64,000 bases of DNA from Mobula birostris (Eukaryota): NCBI RefSeq assembly GCF_030028105.1, contig NC_092379.1, forward strand, positions 21,863,309 to 21,927,308, in the 5' to 3' direction. This document shows positions 62,001 to 64,000 of this stretch, piece after piece. Both the position numbers and the translations under genes were made by a program. The notes beneath the pieces are model-generated. The model searched no databases and was not told the origin of the DNA. It worked only from the letters and a program-made list of their open reading frames with translations. Numbering within the stretch: the stretch's first letter is position 1; each line of letters begins with the position of its first letter.

Positions 62001-64000
62001 TGAGGGAGGCAAGAGGTGAGAATGCTGGGCTCTTAACCAGAATCTTTGTGCCCTCTCTCATCACAGGTGAGGTCCCAGAGACATAGCGAGCAGCTAATGT
62101 TGTACCTCTATTTAAGAAAGGAACAAGGGAAAATCCTGGGAACTATGGGCCAGGGAGTCTCACCTCAGTTGTAGGGAAATTGCTGGAGAAAATTCTTAGG
62201 GATGTGATATCTGAGCATTTGGAAACCCATGGCCTAACTATGGAGAGCCAACATGACTTTGTGCAGGGCAGGTCGTGCTTTACCAACTTGATTGAGTTTT
62301 TTGACAAGGTGACAAGACAAATTGATCAAGGTAGAGCAGTGGATGTTGCCTACATGGGTTTCAGTAAGGTATTTGACAAAATCTCTCCTGGGAGGCTAAA
62401 CCAGAAGATTAGGATGCATAGAGTCCGTGGCAAATTTGATGTTCCAACTCAGAATTAGCTTGCACAGAACGGACTGAGGGTAGTGGTCAAAGGGACATAA
62501 TTGAGTTGGAAGTCTGTAATTAGTGGTGCTCCACAGGGATCTGTGCTGGTACTTCTGCTGTTTGTGATGTATATAAATGACCTGGATGAAAATGTAGATG
62601 GGTGGGTTAGTAAGTTTGCAGATGATACGAAGATTGGTGAAGTTGTGGATAGTGTAGAAGACTAGCAAAGAATACAGCATGATAAAGATCAGTTGCAGAT
62701 AAGGGCAGAGAAATCGCAGATGGAGCTTAACTCAGATAAATGTGAGGTGTTGCACCTTGGTAGGGTAAATGCAAGGAGACAGTACACTGTTCAGGGTAAG
62801 ACCCTTAATAGTGCTGCTGAGCAGAGAGGTCTCAGGGTCCAAGTTCATAGCTCCTTGAAAGTGGCGACACTGGTGGATAGGGTGGTTAAGAAGGCTTATG
62901 GAATGCTTGCTTTTATTAGTCAAGGCATTGAGTTCAAAAGTCAAAAGGTTATGTTGCAATTTTATGAAATTCTGGTTTGGCCACATCTGGAGGATTGGAT
63001 GCAATTCTGGTCACCCCACTATAGGAAGGATATTGAGGCTTTGAAGAGGGTTCAGAAGAGGTTTAACAGGTTGCTGCCTGGTTTCGAGGGAATGTGCTAT
63101 CCCGAGAGGCTAAGCTAACTTGGGTTGTTTTCTTTGGCGTGTCGGAGGCTGAGGGGAGGTCTGATAGTGGTTTATATGATTATGAGAAGCATAATTAAAG
63201 TCAACAGAGTATCTTTTTCCCAGGGTAGAAATGTCTAACACCAGAGGGCATGCATTGAAGGTGAGAGGACATAGGTTCAAAGGGGACAAGAGGGGTAATT
63301 TTTTTTACTCAGAGAGTGGCGGATGCCTGAATTGCGCTGCCTCATATGGTGGTGGAGGCAAGTACATTAGAGACATTTGGGTAGGCACATGAATATGAGG
63401 AAAATGGATGGATATGGACATTGTGTAGGTAGGAGGGATTAGTTTTAGGGGATTTTTGATTTATTTTTTAGCTGGATCAGCACAACATTGTGGGCTGAAG
63501 AGTCTGTTCTTGTGCTGTAGTCTTCTATGTTCTGATAAATCTGACTTTAGCTTCTCCCATTCAAATTGCGTCGTGAATTCTATCATAATTTGATAACTGT
63601 GTCCTAAGGGTTCCTTTACCCTGAGCTCCGAAATCAAATCTGGTACATTAATTAAAGGCATCCGTTAGTCTTGCAAGACCATGGATCTGCACCTGGAAAG
63701 TCTTCACTCTCCAGGGCGTAGGCCTGGGGCAGGGTTGTATGGAAGACCAGCAGTTGCCCATGCTTCAAGTCTCCCCTCTCCATGACACCAGTGTTGTCCA
63801 AGGGAAGGGCATTAGGACCCATACAGCTTGGCACCAGTGTCATCGCAGAGCAATGCGTGATTAAGTGCCTTGCTCAGGGACACAACACATTGCCTCGGCT
63901 GGGGCGCGAACTCACGACCTTCCAATGCCTTAACCACTTGGCCACGTACATTACACAACACCCAATCCAGAACAGCTGATCCCCTGGTGGGTTCAAGCAC
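59060..64000 (-). repeat. Inverted paralog of the 4790-8915 nested CR1-in-CR1 cassette (outer CR1 minus; inner CR1 plus at about 59736-63535)
   Basis: Both nesting junctions are shared (GTCAGATTTATCAGAA|C.TAGAAG and CTCCAGCTCCAGTGGAGTATT.CACTGGGG); parallel ORFs such as SPMAIGLSNKYTSLDTAVGDDPSGHSSSSQ. Confidence 0.9.
63651..63945 (-). mobile_element. tRNA-derived SINE with 8-bp target-site duplication GTACATTA
   Basis: A box GTGGCCAAGTGGTTAAGG and B-box-like GTGAGTTCGCGCC; TSD at 63643-63650 and 63946-63953; absent from the paralog near 4825. Confidence 0.85.

Noticed and set aside
1-64000. rRNA, true tRNA genes, CRISPR arrays or prokaryotic operons
   Set aside because: None seen; the tRNA-like segments are SINE heads or retroelement PBS sites

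Overview
Repeat-dominated vertebrate genomic DNA, most likely a cartilaginous fish (the Ig exons resemble shark IgNAR/IgW and the repeats resemble chondrichthyan, possibly batoid, families; the taxon is an inference). I found no intact protein-coding gene. The clearest host sequence is a pair of disabled Ig heavy-chain constant exons on the minus strand (about 40.9-42.1 kb), homologous to IgNAR C3/C4 or the equivalent IgW domains. They sit at the centre of a mirror-symmetric set of duplicated blocks: plus-strand blocks at about 4-12 kb and 35-38 kb, minus-strand blocks at about 45.7-47.6 kb and 58-64 kb. These blocks carry a roughly 260-bp unclassified module, present six times, with weak V-domain-like features. 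More heavily decayed Ig-C-like exons may lie at about 13.7-14.1 kb and 0.7-0.95 kb. The rest is nested transposons: many CR1 LINEs, Rex1/Babar, RTE, two Penelope-like elements, a Tx1-type L1, SINEs and a Harbinger-like element. There are also two retroviral (ERV) remnants, one with 5' LTR, tRNA-Ser PBS and gag-pro-pol, and three Gypsy-type remnants. Family calls come from remembered motifs, not database searches, and most boundaries are approximate. I saw no convincing novel biological system. The best leads concern decay and rearrangement of Ig clusters and the ERV.
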